DNA from: Candidatus Nitrosopelagicus sp.
GTDB lineage: Archaea; Thermoproteota; Nitrososphaeria; Nitrososphaerales; Nitrosopumilaceae
Direction of reading: 5' to 3'
Length of the DNA stretch: 64,000 bases
Assembly (NCBI GenBank): GCA_022450565.1
Contig: JAKUOP010000010.1
Span: forward strand, 10,629 to 74,628
Shown here piece after piece: positions 21,048 to 31,878 of this stretch. Position 1 is the stretch's first letter. Each line of letters starts with the position of its first letter. The notes beneath the pieces are model-generated. The model was not told the origin of the DNA. It did not search any database and saw nothing but the letters and a program-made list of their open reading frames with translations. A program made the translations under genes and the position numbers.

Positions 21048-21142
21048 TATAGTGTCTGGATATAAGTGATATATGAAATAATCATGTTTCTGACTAGGAA
21101 TATAATAAGAAATTTATGCATGAGAAAATTTGATTTTGAGAT

Positions 21143-22168
21143 ATGAATTCAAAAACGCTTGAAGGGCAGATCACATACGAGCAAATTGTAATTAACAAGA
21201 ATCTAAAATATTTCAAATCGAGTTCGTTACAAAATCAAAAAACATTTGCTGCTGAACTTCAAACGTCACTAAATAGTACACCAAAATACATTAGTCCAAA
21301 ATTCTTTTATGACGAAAATGGCTCAAACCTATTTGATGAGATATGCTCATTACCAGAGTATTATCCATATGATTCTGAGATTGAGATTCTAAAAAATATA
21401 GAATCCGGTATAAAGCCATATGTTGATTCAGATATTAGACTTGTCGAGTTAGGAAGTGGTTCTTCGATAAAAACTAGATTGTTATTAAATGCACTTTATA
21501 ATATTCAGAAAAACGTTGAATATTTTCCTATAGACATATCTGATATTCTAAGTCACAGTGTGCAGGAACTATGTAATATATACAATGATCTTAAAATTAC
21601 TGGGTTAATTGATACATACGAAAACGGCCTAAATTTTATTGAACATTATGATGACAAACCAAATTTAATCTCATTTCTAGGTTCCAGTTTTGGAAATTTT
21701 AATCATGATGAAGGTATGAAATTTTTAAAAACAATTCATGATATGATGAAGCATTCTGATTTTCTTTTGATAGGATTTGATCTGAAAAAAGATGCAGTAA
21801 TTTTACATAATGCATACAATGATTCAAAGGGAATAACTGCAAAATTTAATCTAAATGTTCTTAATAGAATTAATCGAGAATTAGAAGCAGATTTTGATTT
21901 GACAAAATTTGCCCATTATGCGTTCTATAATGAGTTATCTAGCAGAATAGAAATGCATCTAAAATCATTGCAGTCACAAAAGATCAAAATTCCAGGCGCA
22001 AATATAACAATAAGTTTGGCAAAAGATGAATTAATTCACACCGAAAATTCATATAAATTTTCAATATCTGAACTTGAATCCAAGTTTACAAAATCAGGTT
22101 TTGAGATAAATGAGATTTGGTGTGATTCCAATCGTTATTTTGCTCTAATTTTAGCCCAAAAGATCTAA
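21143..22168 (+). CDS. egtD: L-histidine N-alpha-trimethyltransferase
   Basis: PKFFYDENGSNLFDEICSLPEYYP, ELGSGSSIKT, FLGSSFGN, AYNDSKGITAKFNLN, IHTENSYKF. Confidence 0.92.
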   Translation: MNSKTLEGQITYEQIVINKNLKYFKSSSLQNQKTFAAELQTSLNSTPKYISPKFFYDENGSNLFDEICSLPEYYPYDSEIEILKNIESGIKPYVDSDIRLVELGSGSSIKTRLLLNALYNIQKNVEYFPIDISDILSHSVQELCNIYNDLKITGLIDTYENGLNFIEHYDDKPNLISFLGSSFGNFNHDEGMKFLKTIHDMMKHSDFLLIGFDLKKDAVILHNAYNDSKGITAKFNLNVLNRINRELEADFDLTKFAHYAFYNELSSRIEMHLKSLQSQKIKIPGANITISLAKDELIHTENSYKFSISELESKFTKSGFEINEIWCDSNRYFALILAQKI

Positions 22169-23466
22169 AAATCCTTGGCACATCTAAATCCGGATGTTAA
22201 CCATCTTTCATCTAGACGGAAAAAGTTTCGATACGTTCCACGAATGGATATTGCCGGTGTTGCAAAGGATCCACCGCGTAAAACTTTCTGATTTGTAAAC
22301 CACTTGTCATTATATTCATTAAATTTTGATTTGAATCCAGGGTATCCAACAAATTCTGATGATGTAAATTCCCAAACATCACCAATCATCTGATGGCAAC
22401 CATATGAACTTGCCCCTTTTGGATATGAACCAATTTCAGTACAATTCCAATTATAAGATTCTAAAACATTTGCATGTTCATCTGTTGGCGGTTCATTACC
22501 CCATGGAAATATTGTTTTTTCTTTTTTAGCATTATTCCAAAGTGCAGCTTTTTCCCATTCTGCTTCAGTTGGCAATCGTTTTCCTGCCCATTTACAAAAT
22601 GCAGATGCTTCGTAGAAGCTTACATGGCAAACAGGTTCGTTATGATTAATCTTTCTTTTACCAATAAAATCTCTAGTAAACCATTCCCCATCATTTTTTT
22701 CCCAGTACATTGGAGCAGTCCATTCATTTTTCTTAACTGCATCCCATCCATCTGAAAGCCAAAATGAAAAGTCTTCATAACCACCATCATTCATGAATTC
22801 TAAATAGTCTCCATTAGTTACTGGAAAATTTTCAATTTCATACTCATTTAGATAGATTTTGTGTTCTGGCTGTTCAATGTCATAGCAGTAATCATTTCCC
22901 GAATATCCCATTTCATATAATCCACCATCTATTTTCACACTCTTTCTTTTAATATCAAGTGATTTTGGTGGTTGATTTTTCCTCACAGGTCTGTATTGGT
23001 CTGCCAACAAATGTTGTAAGTCATATACTAGTAATTCTTGATGTTGGCATTCATGATGTATTGCCATTGTGAAAAGATAAGATACTTCATCTGATAATGA
23101 CCCTTGCATTGTATTACGTACTTTTTGTGTTATTATTTCAAAATATTCTAAAATTTCATCCACTGTAGGTCTTGACATAACTCCTCTCTTTGCCTTATCA
23201 TATGGTTTTCCAAATTGATTATAGTATGAATTAAGATATTCTGAGAATTCATTCGAATAAAATTCATAGTTATTTGTTGCTTTACTGAGAACTATCTCAT
23301 TTAACCAACTAACATGACCTAGATGCCACTTTGCTGGACTTGTATAAAATGCCGTTTGAACTCCAAAATCATCTTTTTCCAAAGTTTTTACCAATTCAAG
23401 TGTTCTTGCACGCGTCTCATTGAATTTTTCTAAGAGAATACTCTGCGATGATTGCTCTAATGTCAT
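22165..23466 (-). CDS. egtB: ergothioneine biosynthesis sulfoxide synthase (DinB_2 + FGE-sulfatase domains)
   Basis: SPAKWHLGH, HHECQHQELL metal motif, PVTNGDYLEF, RLPTEAEWEKAA, EYNDKW, RGGSFAT, RNFF. Confidence 0.9.
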   Translation of the reverse strand: MTLEQSSQSILLEKFNETRARTLELVKTLEKDDFGVQTAFYTSPAKWHLGHVSWLNEIVLSKATNNYEFYSNEFSEYLNSYYNQFGKPYDKAKRGVMSRPTVDEILEYFEIITQKVRNTMQGSLSDEVSYLFTMAIHHECQHQELLVYDLQHLLADQYRPVRKNQPPKSLDIKRKSVKIDGGLYEMGYSGNDYCYDIEQPEHKIYLNEYEIENFPVTNGDYLEFMNDGGYEDFSFWLSDGWDAVKKNEWTAPMYWEKNDGEWFTRDFIGKRKINHNEPVCHVSFYEASAFCKWAGKRLPTEAEWEKAALWNNAKKEKTIFPWGNEPPTDEHANVLESYNWNCTEIGSYPKGASSYGCHQMIGDVWEFTSSEFVGYPGFKSKFNEYNDKWFTNQKVLRGGSFATPAISIRGTYRNFFRLDERWLTSGFRCAKDF

Positions 23467-23506
23467 ATCCTGATTGAAATTGTCTGAATATATGTGGTTT
23501 TTGGAA

Positions 23507-23998
23507 TTATTCCTTCATTACACAACAACTTGAATTATTAATATTTCTCATTGCCCACCAGATTGAGAATGATAATGCGGCAATTGATATGAATTTTAGT
23601 TCTAATCCATGTAATGGGAATATGGCTAATCCACCAATAATACCAAGTAATGCTGAAAGAGAAGTTGTACAAGCTGGGCATCCTGGAGTAAATGCTGTCA
23701 ATGCACCACCTAAAATTGCCGACGTTCCACTTTTTTTGATATTATTTGCTCTTTGTATCTTAATGTTGTATGCTACTAGTGCAATATTGATTCCTGCAAG
23801 AATTGCTACTATTATGGTTAAAACAATTGATGCTGTAATGTATTGTGGCATTATGGAAACATCCACATTAAAGTGGTCTATTGCAGTAGACAGTGTTAGA
23901 AAATAATATAAAATTCCAATCATTATCCCAGAAATTATAGCAATTCCTCCAAAAGTTTTCTGTTTTATTATATCCTTTATGGAAATTTTTAACATCAT
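23507..23998 (-). CDS. membrane protein with CPAC motif
   Basis: Four hydrophobic segments, PGCPACTT, C-terminal CC; function unknown. Confidence 0.65.
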   Translation of the reverse strand: MMLKISIKDIIKQKTFGGIAIISGIMIGILYYFLTLSTAIDHFNVDVSIMPQYITASIVLTIIVAILAGINIALVAYNIKIQRANNIKKSGTSAILGGALTAFTPGCPACTTSLSALLGIIGGLAIFPLHGLELKFISIAALSFSIWWAMRNINNSSCCVMKE

Positions 23999-24031
23999 GA
24001 TATTTTACAGATTGAATTCAATTAATTAGTT

Positions 24032-25474
24032 TTAGTACCCTCTGGCAAATAGTGGTCTAATTTTGCTTTGGTTGCTACAATAAACACATTTCGAGCTTTC
24101 ATCCTCACATCCATCTTGGATGACTCTGATATCAGCACCAGTTTCTTCCTTTATTTTCTCCTCACATGCTGGGTTATCACATATTGGTGTCTTGATAAGC
24201 ATTCCATTCTCTAATTCAGACTTGAATTCATCATAAGTTTCTACATTTCCTGTTCTTTCATCAAGAATTTTTTGTGCATTTGCAAACATATCATTGTGTA
24301 TGTTATCTAATTCCATGACAATTTTTTCTACTAATCCATTGATTGGATGTTCTTGTTTTTGTTGATTATGTCTTCTAACAAAGACCACCTTGTCTCGTTC
24401 AAGATCTTTTGGACCAAGTTCAATTCTTATTGGCACTCCTTTCATTTCCCAGTCATGAAATTTGAAACCAGGTGTTAATTGGTCTCTGTCATCTAAACGT
24501 ACACGTAATTTACGAGTATCCAGCTCTTTTTTGATTTCTCTTGATTTTTCTAATGTAGTATTTTTTTCTTCATCAGAATGATATATTGGGATTATCACTA
24601 CTTGAATTGGTGCCACTCTAGGTGGTAATACGAGTCCCTTATCATCTCCATGTACCATTATCATTCCACCAATCAATCTCCAAGATACACCCCATGAAGT
24701 TTGCCACACAAAATTCTCAACGTTATTTGTATCAGCAAACTTGACTTCAAATGGTTTGGAAAAATTCTGTCCAAGAAAATGAGTTGTTCCCATCTGCAGT
24801 GCTTTTCCATCAGGCATTAGTGATTCCATTGTGAGTGTGTAAACTGCTCCAACAAATTTTTCCTTCTCAGATTTTTTTCCAGTGATTACTGGAATTGCTA
24901 ATTCATCTTCAACAGTTTTTTTATATATTTCTAAAATATCTGTTACTTCTTTTTCAGCCTCATCTTTATCAGCATGAGCAGTATGACCTTCTTGCCACAA
25001 AAATTCTGATGTTCTCAAAAATGGTTTTGTTGCTTTAATTTCTGCACGAAGTGCTGAATTCCAAAAATTAATTTTTAGTGGTAAATCTCTCCAACTTCTA
25101 ATCCATTTTGCATACATTGTATACGCTAAAGTTTCAGATGTTGGCCGCAGTGCAAGTTTATCTCCAATTTCACCATCACCAGACCGTGTAACCCAAAATA
25201 CTTCAGGATTAAACCCAGTGAAATGATCTTTTTCTTTTCCAAGTAGTGATTCTGGAATAAGTATAGGTAAGAATCCATTACGATGTCCTGTTTCTACAAG
25301 TTTAGAATCAAGTGATGATTTTAACGATTCCCAAATGGAATATCCATCTGGTCTCAAGACAATCAAACCTTTGACTGGAGCATAGTCTGCAAGTTCAGCT
25401 TTTATTACTAATTGTGTATACCATTCACTGAAATCTTCTGACTTTTTTACAGTGATACCAATTTCTTTTCCCAT
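24032..25474 (-). CDS. proS: proline--tRNA ligase (archaeal type)
   Basis: LRPTSET, FLRTSEFLWQEGH, QMGTTHFLGQNF, SWGVSWR, C-terminal FARGY. Confidence 0.96.
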   Translation of the reverse strand: MGKEIGITVKKSEDFSEWYTQLVIKAELADYAPVKGLIVLRPDGYSIWESLKSSLDSKLVETGHRNGFLPILIPESLLGKEKDHFTGFNPEVFWVTRSGDGEIGDKLALRPTSETLAYTMYAKWIRSWRDLPLKINFWNSALRAEIKATKPFLRTSEFLWQEGHTAHADKDEAEKEVTDILEIYKKTVEDELAIPVITGKKSEKEKFVGAVYTLTMESLMPDGKALQMGTTHFLGQNFSKPFEVKFADTNNVENFVWQTSWGVSWRLIGGMIMVHGDDKGLVLPPRVAPIQVVIIPIYHSDEEKNTTLEKSREIKKELDTRKLRVRLDDRDQLTPGFKFHDWEMKGVPIRIELGPKDLERDKVVFVRRHNQQKQEHPINGLVEKIVMELDNIHNDMFANAQKILDERTGNVETYDEFKSELENGMLIKTPICDNPACEEKIKEETGADIRVIQDGCEDESSKCVYCSNQSKIRPLFARGY

Positions 25475-25579
25475 TTAAAATCCAATGACTTGACAGCTAT
25501 TTAGTTTTCTTCCTAAACAATTAATGATTTCTTTACGTGAAAAAATTAGACATATATTCTAAATTTATGGTCAGGTGGT

Positions 25580-25954
25580 ATGGCTACAAATAAACCACTT
25601 GTTGAAATTATAGAGAAAATTGTGAATCTTGACAGTCATATGAGATTTGCAGCAATAATTGATCTCAAAGGCAATATTATTGAGGGTATTATGAAAGAGG
25701 GAAAATCATCACTAGAATCCCAAAGGCAAGAAGAGCATTTTTGTAAACAAGTTGCAGATAGAAGAAAAATGAGGCAGGAATTTGACAAGTCGTTAGGTAA
25801 AGTGCGCTATGTACATGTTGAACGTGAAAAGGTTACTCAATTTGTAATTTATACAAAAAGAAAGACACTGTTTGTCACCATTGAACCTGAGTTATCAATA
25901 TCACGAAAAATGAAAATCATTAACAGTATTAAACGAATTACATCAAGTATATGA
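25580..25954 (+). CDS. roadblock-like thaumarchaeal protein (DUF6659-like)
   Basis: MRFAAIIDLKGNII...SLGKVRYVHVEREKVTQFVI pattern. Confidence 0.6.
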   Translation: MATNKPLVEIIEKIVNLDSHMRFAAIIDLKGNIIEGIMKEGKSSLESQRQEEHFCKQVADRRKMRQEFDKSLGKVRYVHVEREKVTQFVIYTKRKTLFVTIEPELSISRKMKIINSIKRITSSI

Positions 25955-25956
25955 TC

Positions 25957-26244
25957 TTAAAGGGGGTCACCCTTGCATAGAACATTACCTATAACTCTAC
26001 TTTGAAAATTTGGACATACAAAACATTGTATAAAATGGGTCTCTTTTTCAAGTACTGGGCATTCAACAAATTCTTGTTTCATTCGCTTTAGCATTTTTGG
26101 GCTAACTCCTTTTAGTTTTAATTTTCCTTTTTCATCCATCATACCAGAACCTTTAAGGATCTCTTTTACATCGTCTGGTAATTTTTGCCGACCTTCACGC
26201 TGTTGAACTTTAACTTCATGTTTATGCTCTAACTCGTCAACCAT
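25957..26244 (-). CDS. hypothetical protein with C-terminal Cys motifs
   Basis: ORF track; ECPV..QCFVCPNF..LC. Confidence 0.6.
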   Translation of the reverse strand: MVDELEHKHEVKVQQREGRQKLPDDVKEILKGSGMMDEKGKLKLKGVSPKMLKRMKQEFVECPVLEKETHFIQCFVCPNFQSRVIGNVLCKGDPL

Positions 26245-26314
26245 GATTCAAAGAAAGTAAGGGCTGATTTATTATTAGCGGTGTTGGATCGCTAATTACT
26301 ATTTCAACTTTTAT

Positions 26315-26995
26315 ATGATTGACTTCTTTTCGAAATTTAGAAATCAATTGTTAGCAATTTTTGATGTTGAAGGTGTACTTTATGATGCAGAGTATTTACC
26401 AATACTTGCAGAGAAAGTAAACAAAGAGAAAGAAATTTGGGATATAACCAAAAAAGGAATTCAAGGTTTGATAAATTGGGAGGAAGGACTAAAAAATAGA
26501 GTGAATTTGCTTAAAGGATTAAGTCTTGATGTTTGTCAACAAGTGGCTGATGAATTACCAATAATGAATGGTGCAAAAGAAGCCTGTAAATCATTGAAAA
26601 ATGCAGGATGGAAAATAATGGCAGTTTCAGGAGGCTTCACGATAATGACTGACAGACTAAAAGACGAACTTGGGCTAGATTTTGTATTTTCTAATGAATT
26701 AATTTTCAAGAATAATTTACTAGATGATGTAAAAATTAATGTTGATTCTGATAAAGCAAAGTCTGCAAAAATAAAAATTACCGAGTGGAACGAGTCTAAA
26801 GAAGAAACCGTTGTCATTGTTGATGGCGCTAATGATATTAAATTATTTGATATATCTGGACTAGGAATTGCATTCAGGGCACAAGACATAGTAAAGGATC
26901 TTGCAACGACTACACTAGAGGAAAAAGACCTAACAAAAATCATCCCAATTATTAATAAACACTATAAACTTGAATTAGCATTACAAACTGCTTAA
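26315..26995 (+). CDS. serB: phosphoserine phosphatase (HAD family)
   Basis: IFDVEGVL motif I, VSGGF, KAK, VDGANDI. Confidence 0.8.
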   Translation: MIDFFSKFRNQLLAIFDVEGVLYDAEYLPILAEKVNKEKEIWDITKKGIQGLINWEEGLKNRVNLLKGLSLDVCQQVADELPIMNGAKEACKSLKNAGWKIMAVSGGFTIMTDRLKDELGLDFVFSNELIFKNNLLDDVKINVDSDKAKSAKIKITEWNESKEETVVIVDGANDIKLFDISGLGIAFRAQDIVKDLATTTLEEKDLTKIIPIINKHYKLELALQTA

Positions 26996-27037
26996 TCCTG
27001 GTAACCTTCAAGTATAGTTAGAATAAATAATCTTTAA

Positions 27038-27775
27038 TTGAGTTTACATATATTCCCAGTTCATTTTAAACAGGATGTCAGACCAGAAGATAACATAGTA
27101 GACATGTTAATCTCTTCTAATCAATGTGGAATTGAAGATAATGATGTCATAGTAGTCTCACAAAAGATTGTTTCAAAACAAGAAGGGCGTGTAATTAATC
27201 TAGAGACTGTAATCCCATCAGAATTATCTATAGGGATTGCCTCAGCATATGATAAAGATCCAAAGCTGGTTGAAGTAATTTTAACTGAATCAAAACAAAT
27301 TGTTAGAATGGAGCACGGTGTAATTATAGTTAAAACAAAACATGATTTTGTTTGTGCTAACGCAGGTGTTGACCAAAGTAATGTAGATGGGAATTTTGTT
27401 ACATTACTACCAATAAATCCTGATTCATCTGCCAAAGTAATACAACAGGAAATACGAAAAAAAACTGGAAAGAGAGTTGCAATAATAATTTCAGATACTT
27501 TTGGAAGACCATTTAGACTTGGGCAAACTGATAATGCGATAGGAGTTGCAGGAATAGAACCAATTTTAAATTATGAAGGAAAACCAGACACATTTGGAAA
27601 AATACTAAATGTTACAGCAACTGCAATTGTTGACGAATTATGCTCTGCAGCAGAATTAGTTATGGAAAAAACAAAAAAATGCCCTATGGCAATTATTAAA
27701 AATTATAATTATGTTTCAAAAGATGACAAAATTTCTACTTTAATCCGTTCAGAATCAGATGATTTATTCAAGTAG
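27038..27775 (+). CDS. cofE: coenzyme F420-0:L-glutamate ligase
   Basis: SQKIVSKQEGR, CANAGVDQSN, SDTFGRPFRLG, DELCSAAELVM. Confidence 0.93.
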   Translation: MSLHIFPVHFKQDVRPEDNIVDMLISSNQCGIEDNDVIVVSQKIVSKQEGRVINLETVIPSELSIGIASAYDKDPKLVEVILTESKQIVRMEHGVIIVKTKHDFVCANAGVDQSNVDGNFVTLLPINPDSSAKVIQQEIRKKTGKRVAIIISDTFGRPFRLGQTDNAIGVAGIEPILNYEGKPDTFGKILNVTATAIVDELCSAAELVMEKTKKCPMAIIKNYNYVSKDDKISTLIRSESDDLFK

Positions 27776-27810
27776 TTAATTAATAAAGTAAGTAGTTTTA
27801 TAGATGATAA

Positions 27811-28728
27811 TTGGCATTACTGAAAACTGAGACACATTGTCATAACATGTATTCAAATGGACATGTTGGTGAAATAGAATCACCTTTTGATTCGAACGTA
27901 ACAATTTCATCTCAGTTAAAACAGTCATTTTTATCTGGTCTGGATGTTTTGTTTGTGACTAATCATAACACCCTTGATGGTTATAAACAGATTATTAATT
28001 ATAAAGAAAATCATGCAAAATTTTCAAAAATTGGTGTATATCCTGCAGAAGAAGTAACCACAGATAAAGAAGCACATGTTCTGGTATACGGTCTTCATAA
28101 GGAAATTAAATCTGGGCAAAGCCTCGATGAAATTTTGGATGACGCAAGAGATCAAGATGCAGTTACTATTGCACCACATCCATTCAGTTTAATTGACGCT
28201 TTAAGGGAGGATTCAAAAAAATGTGATCTTTTTGAGGTATTTAACAGTGCAAATATTGATGTTTATTCTAACAAAAAAGCAGAGATATTTGCAAAAGAAA
28301 ACAAACTACATGTTGTAGCAGGAAGCGATTCACATGTTACTAGTACCATAGCAAGATGTACAAATCTAATAGATTCTGAGAATAATCTTGATGACATAGT
28401 CTACGCATTAAGACATAAAAGAATCTCAATTGAAAAAATTGGATATGTTAAACCAAAAGAAGTATTAGAGCATATTCAATTTAAAATTGAAAATTCAAAA
28501 TATCATATAGATAAATACATCAATGAGTTTTATCCAAAATCAAAATTTCTCTTTAATTTCTTATACAAATTTTATTTGAGTACGCAAACAAGTTATTTTT
28601 GGGAATTGATTTATCGAATATCATTAATTGGAGTTAGGCGTATTTCACGAAAAATCAATTTTGAAGGCATGGATCCTTATTCTTTTAGGACACGGGATAT
28701 ACCAACTATTACTAGAATGGTATTTTGA
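27811..28728 (+). CDS. PHP-domain phosphoesterase-like protein
   Basis: ETHCHN, TNHNT, AEE, APHPF, EVFNS, GSDSH. Confidence 0.8.
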   Translation: MALLKTETHCHNMYSNGHVGEIESPFDSNVTISSQLKQSFLSGLDVLFVTNHNTLDGYKQIINYKENHAKFSKIGVYPAEEVTTDKEAHVLVYGLHKEIKSGQSLDEILDDARDQDAVTIAPHPFSLIDALREDSKKCDLFEVFNSANIDVYSNKKAEIFAKENKLHVVAGSDSHVTSTIARCTNLIDSENNLDDIVYALRHKRISIEKIGYVKPKEVLEHIQFKIENSKYHIDKYINEFYPKSKFLFNFLYKFYLSTQTSYFWELIYRISLIGVRRISRKINFEGMDPYSFRTRDIPTITRMVF

Positions 28729-28787
28729 ATTATAGGCAAAGCTAAAAAAAACTAGTTTTTTATATAGACAAACTAGATTTTTCTTAG

Positions 28788-29030
28788 GTGAGTAAGATTT
28801 CAGAATCTAGTAAAAAAATAGATGTAAGAGGATTATTTTGTCCATCGCCAGCACTACAAACAACTGTAGAATTATCAAAAATGCAAGTTGGCGAAATACT
28901 TACTGTTCTTGCTGATGATCCTGATTCTGAAAATGATATAACCGAATTATGTCACAAACGTGGACACGAACTTTTAGAGTTAAAGAAGAATGGTAGTGAT
29001 CTAGAATTTACCATTAAAAAGATAAAGTGA
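28788..29030 (+). CDS. tusA: TusA/SirA-family sulfur carrier
   Basis: IDVRGLFCPSP, LTVLADDP. Confidence 0.85.
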   Translation: MSKISESSKKIDVRGLFCPSPALQTTVELSKMQVGEILTVLADDPDSENDITELCHKRGHELLELKKNGSDLEFTIKKIK

Positions 29031-29032
29031 TT

Positions 29033-30046
29033 CTATTTTTTCTCAGCTAAATATTTATCAACATCGATTGCAGCCATACACCCATAGCCTGCAGCAGTTA
29101 CTGCTTGTCTGTATCTATGGTCATGCACATCTCCTGCACTAAATATCCCTTCAACACTTGTCTCGGTGTTATTTTTTAGAATAATGTATCCGTTTTCATC
29201 TAATTCTAGTTGGTTTTTGAATAATTCTGTATTTGGTTCATGACCAATAGCCACAAAAACACCACCCATATCCAATGATGTTTCCTCATTTGTTTTTGTA
29301 TCTGTTAAGATTATTTGTTTAACTTTTTCATCACCTTTGATATCTTTAACAGTACTATTCCAGTGAACCTGAATTTTCTCATTGCTTAATGCGCGTTCTT
29401 GCATTATCTTACTTGCTCTAAATTCATCACGTCTATGAATAATGTGTACCTTTGAAGCAAATTTTGTGAGGAATATGGCCTCTTCCATACAGGAGTCACC
29501 GCCTCCTACAACTGCAATCGGTTGCTCCCTAAAAAATGCACCATCACATGTTGCACAATATGAAACGCCTTTTCCAGCAAAAGTTTGCTCTCCATCTATA
29601 CCAATTTTTCTTGGTGTTGCACCTGTACAAACTATAATTGCTTTTGCTTCGAATTCTTCTGAAGCCGTCAAAACTTTGAATGGGCTACGTCTAAAATCTA
29701 CATTTACTACTACATCATCAATTATTGTAGTGCCCATACGTTCTGTCTGCTTTCTCATCACTTGCATTAGATCAGGTCCCATTATTCCATCTGAAAATCC
29801 AGGATAGTTTTCAACATCTGTTGTATTCATTAATTGCCCACCTGGAAGTAATCCTGAAATAATTAATGTGTCATGCCTTGCCCTAGAACTATAAATTCCG
29901 GCAGTATAACCTGCAGGTCCAGCACCAATTATTATAACATCAAAATTTGTTTTTGTTTTTTCTGATGTTTTTGGCGAATCGTCTGTTGGTTCTTTCTCTG
30001 AATTTTTATCAATTAAAACAGTACCGCTATCAGAATCTGACATCAT
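29033..30046 (-). CDS. trxB: thioredoxin-disulfide reductase
   Basis: GAGPAG, VSYCATCDG, GGGDS, HRRDEFRAS, AGDV, RQAVTAAG. Confidence 0.95.
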   Translation of the reverse strand: MMSDSDSGTVLIDKNSEKEPTDDSPKTSEKTKTNFDVIIIGAGPAGYTAGIYSSRARHDTLIISGLLPGGQLMNTTDVENYPGFSDGIMGPDLMQVMRKQTERMGTTIIDDVVVNVDFRRSPFKVLTASEEFEAKAIIVCTGATPRKIGIDGEQTFAGKGVSYCATCDGAFFREQPIAVVGGGDSCMEEAIFLTKFASKVHIIHRRDEFRASKIMQERALSNEKIQVHWNSTVKDIKGDEKVKQIILTDTKTNEETSLDMGGVFVAIGHEPNTELFKNQLELDENGYIILKNNTETSVEGIFSAGDVHDHRYRQAVTAAGYGCMAAIDVDKYLAEKK

Positions 30047-30075
30047 GCTTTTTTGAAATCGGGTATGAATTTAAA

Positions 30076-30876
30076 TCATTTCTGCATATCTAAGATCATT
30101 TGGTGTTTTTCGCAAAGTTTTGAAACCTCGATCTGTGAATAAAGTAGATCCCGTTGCCAATGGGCATTATTTAACCTGCAGTCTAAATACTCACAGAAAG
30201 ATTCGCCAGTAATATTGTAAAAAATTATTTGCAGAACATACCCCTCAATAATTTTAGCAAGTCTTTCATCATGGTATTCTAGAAATTCTCCTTTATGTTG
30301 TTCTTTGACACTGTTAATATCCAGACCTTGGGATTTATTTGCCATTGCTTGAATATAGAATTCCTTTGATTTTGCTGGTGCCTCAATTATTCCTGTAGTG
30401 GATATGATTGCCGGATTGGCACATATCACTGCGCGACCATGATATCTATAATCTGATTCATCAAATGTGCATGTAAGCCTATTTGTAAAAATTATATGTA
30501 ATGTGTCATTTCTTGTGTATCTAATTTGATTCCGCAAAAATTTCTGCATCTCAAATCCGTCATACATTACTACCTCACTGATATTTTCGGCATCTTCAAT
30601 CTTTGTAGTTTTTTCCATTATTGAAGAATTTTTGCATAACTGTTCTTCAAAATTAGTAATGTGTTTTTCTGGTTCGTATGAAATTTTTTGTTTGTATATA
30701 TCAAACATCCTTGTTTTTGTGAGTAATTTTACTTCTGATTTGTTAAGGTCAAGAAAAAAATTATCGTTTATAACTACGTCAACTGAAAAATTATCTTTGA
30801 TAAAACTTGCTAGATCTGATATTTTAATTTCAGGAATACTAGGCTCATCATAAAGAATAATTTTTTTTATATTCAA
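30076..30876 (-). CDS. putative metallopeptidase (thaumarchaeal DUF6775-like)
   Basis: RYHGRAVI, GIIEAPAK, C-terminal CEYLDCRLNNAHWQ...LCEKH. Confidence 0.55.
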   Translation of the reverse strand: MNIKKIILYDEPSIPEIKISDLASFIKDNFSVDVVINDNFFLDLNKSEVKLLTKTRMFDIYKQKISYEPEKHITNFEEQLCKNSSIMEKTTKIEDAENISEVVMYDGFEMQKFLRNQIRYTRNDTLHIIFTNRLTCTFDESDYRYHGRAVICANPAIISTTGIIEAPAKSKEFYIQAMANKSQGLDINSVKEQHKGEFLEYHDERLAKIIEGYVLQIIFYNITGESFCEYLDCRLNNAHWQRDLLYSQIEVSKLCEKHQMILDMQK

Positions 30877-31712
30877 TCAGATTTTTTAGTAATTGTATTA
30901 TCTAACTCTTTAATTTTTTGATCCGTTATCTCAGCAGCTTTTTTACCCGAGTATAACATTGAACCAAATGTTGGACCCATTCTTGCTAATCCATGCGTTT
31001 CTGTGACTGACATACCTGCAGCGACTAAACCTGGATACACTTCACCAGTTTTTTCTACAACATGCTCTTCACCACTTTCTACCCACATTGGGTTCATTCC
31101 TTTCCATTCGACTAAATTTCTATCTACAAGTCTTTTAACAGCAACTGAATCATGACCTGACGCATCAATTATCATTTTGGCTTCTAATGCAACAGGATCA
31201 ACACATGTAATATTACGTGGTAATGCTGATACTGGCATCCAGTTAACAACAATTCCTGCTATTCTACCATGTCGCAAAACTAAATCATCAAATTTCGTCA
31301 GGTTCAAAAATTTAACACCTGCATCACATGCAGCAGCAATAAGTTTTGAAACTGCATGAGGTCCGGGTGTTAGGTATAACCCTTCACCAACTTTTTTGTA
31401 TGGTATACCTAATTCATCCCAAATTTTTTGTGCAGGAGCTCTTACGGTAACTGGATTCATCATGTAACCACCTAGCCAATATCCACCACCAAGGTAGTTA
31501 TTTTGCTCGATAACTAGTACTTTGTAACCCATTAATGATAATTCACGTGAGGCTGTTAGACCTGCAGGTCCAGCACCAATTACTATTACATCACATTCAG
31601 CTCTGTCTTGTAACACATCATAGAATTCTTTGGAAATAGCTCTTGTAATTTCAACTTCTTTTGCATCAGCAAAAATTTTCTCAGGTCTTTGCTCATTAAC
31701 TGATTCTTGCAT
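30873..31712 (-). CDS. thi4: thiamine thiazole synthase Thi4
   Basis: GAGPAG, GGGYWLGG, TCVDP, DASGHD, RMGPTFGSMLYSG. Confidence 0.93.
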   Translation of the reverse strand: MQESVNEQRPEKIFADAKEVEITRAISKEFYDVLQDRAECDVIVIGAGPAGLTASRELSLMGYKVLVIEQNNYLGGGYWLGGYMMNPVTVRAPAQKIWDELGIPYKKVGEGLYLTPGPHAVSKLIAAACDAGVKFLNLTKFDDLVLRHGRIAGIVVNWMPVSALPRNITCVDPVALEAKMIIDASGHDSVAVKRLVDRNLVEWKGMNPMWVESGEEHVVEKTGEVYPGLVAAGMSVTETHGLARMGPTFGSMLYSGKKAAEITDQKIKELDNTITKKSD

Positions 31713-31878
31713 ACAAAAAATCTAGTTTGAAGTCATAAATAGATTTCTTCTTAATTAGAATTGGATTATTAGGTGTTCTATAGTCATAAAATGTCAAATT
31801 AATCCAGTTTATCTATTAATTTAGTTGAAACTAATTTTTGTTACTAATTTATATCGGAAATTAGGTAGTAGAAATAAG

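Noticed and set aside
22165-23466. SenA / selenoneine pathway interpretation
   Set aside because: No senB or selD-like senC nearby; egtD partner fits ergothioneine
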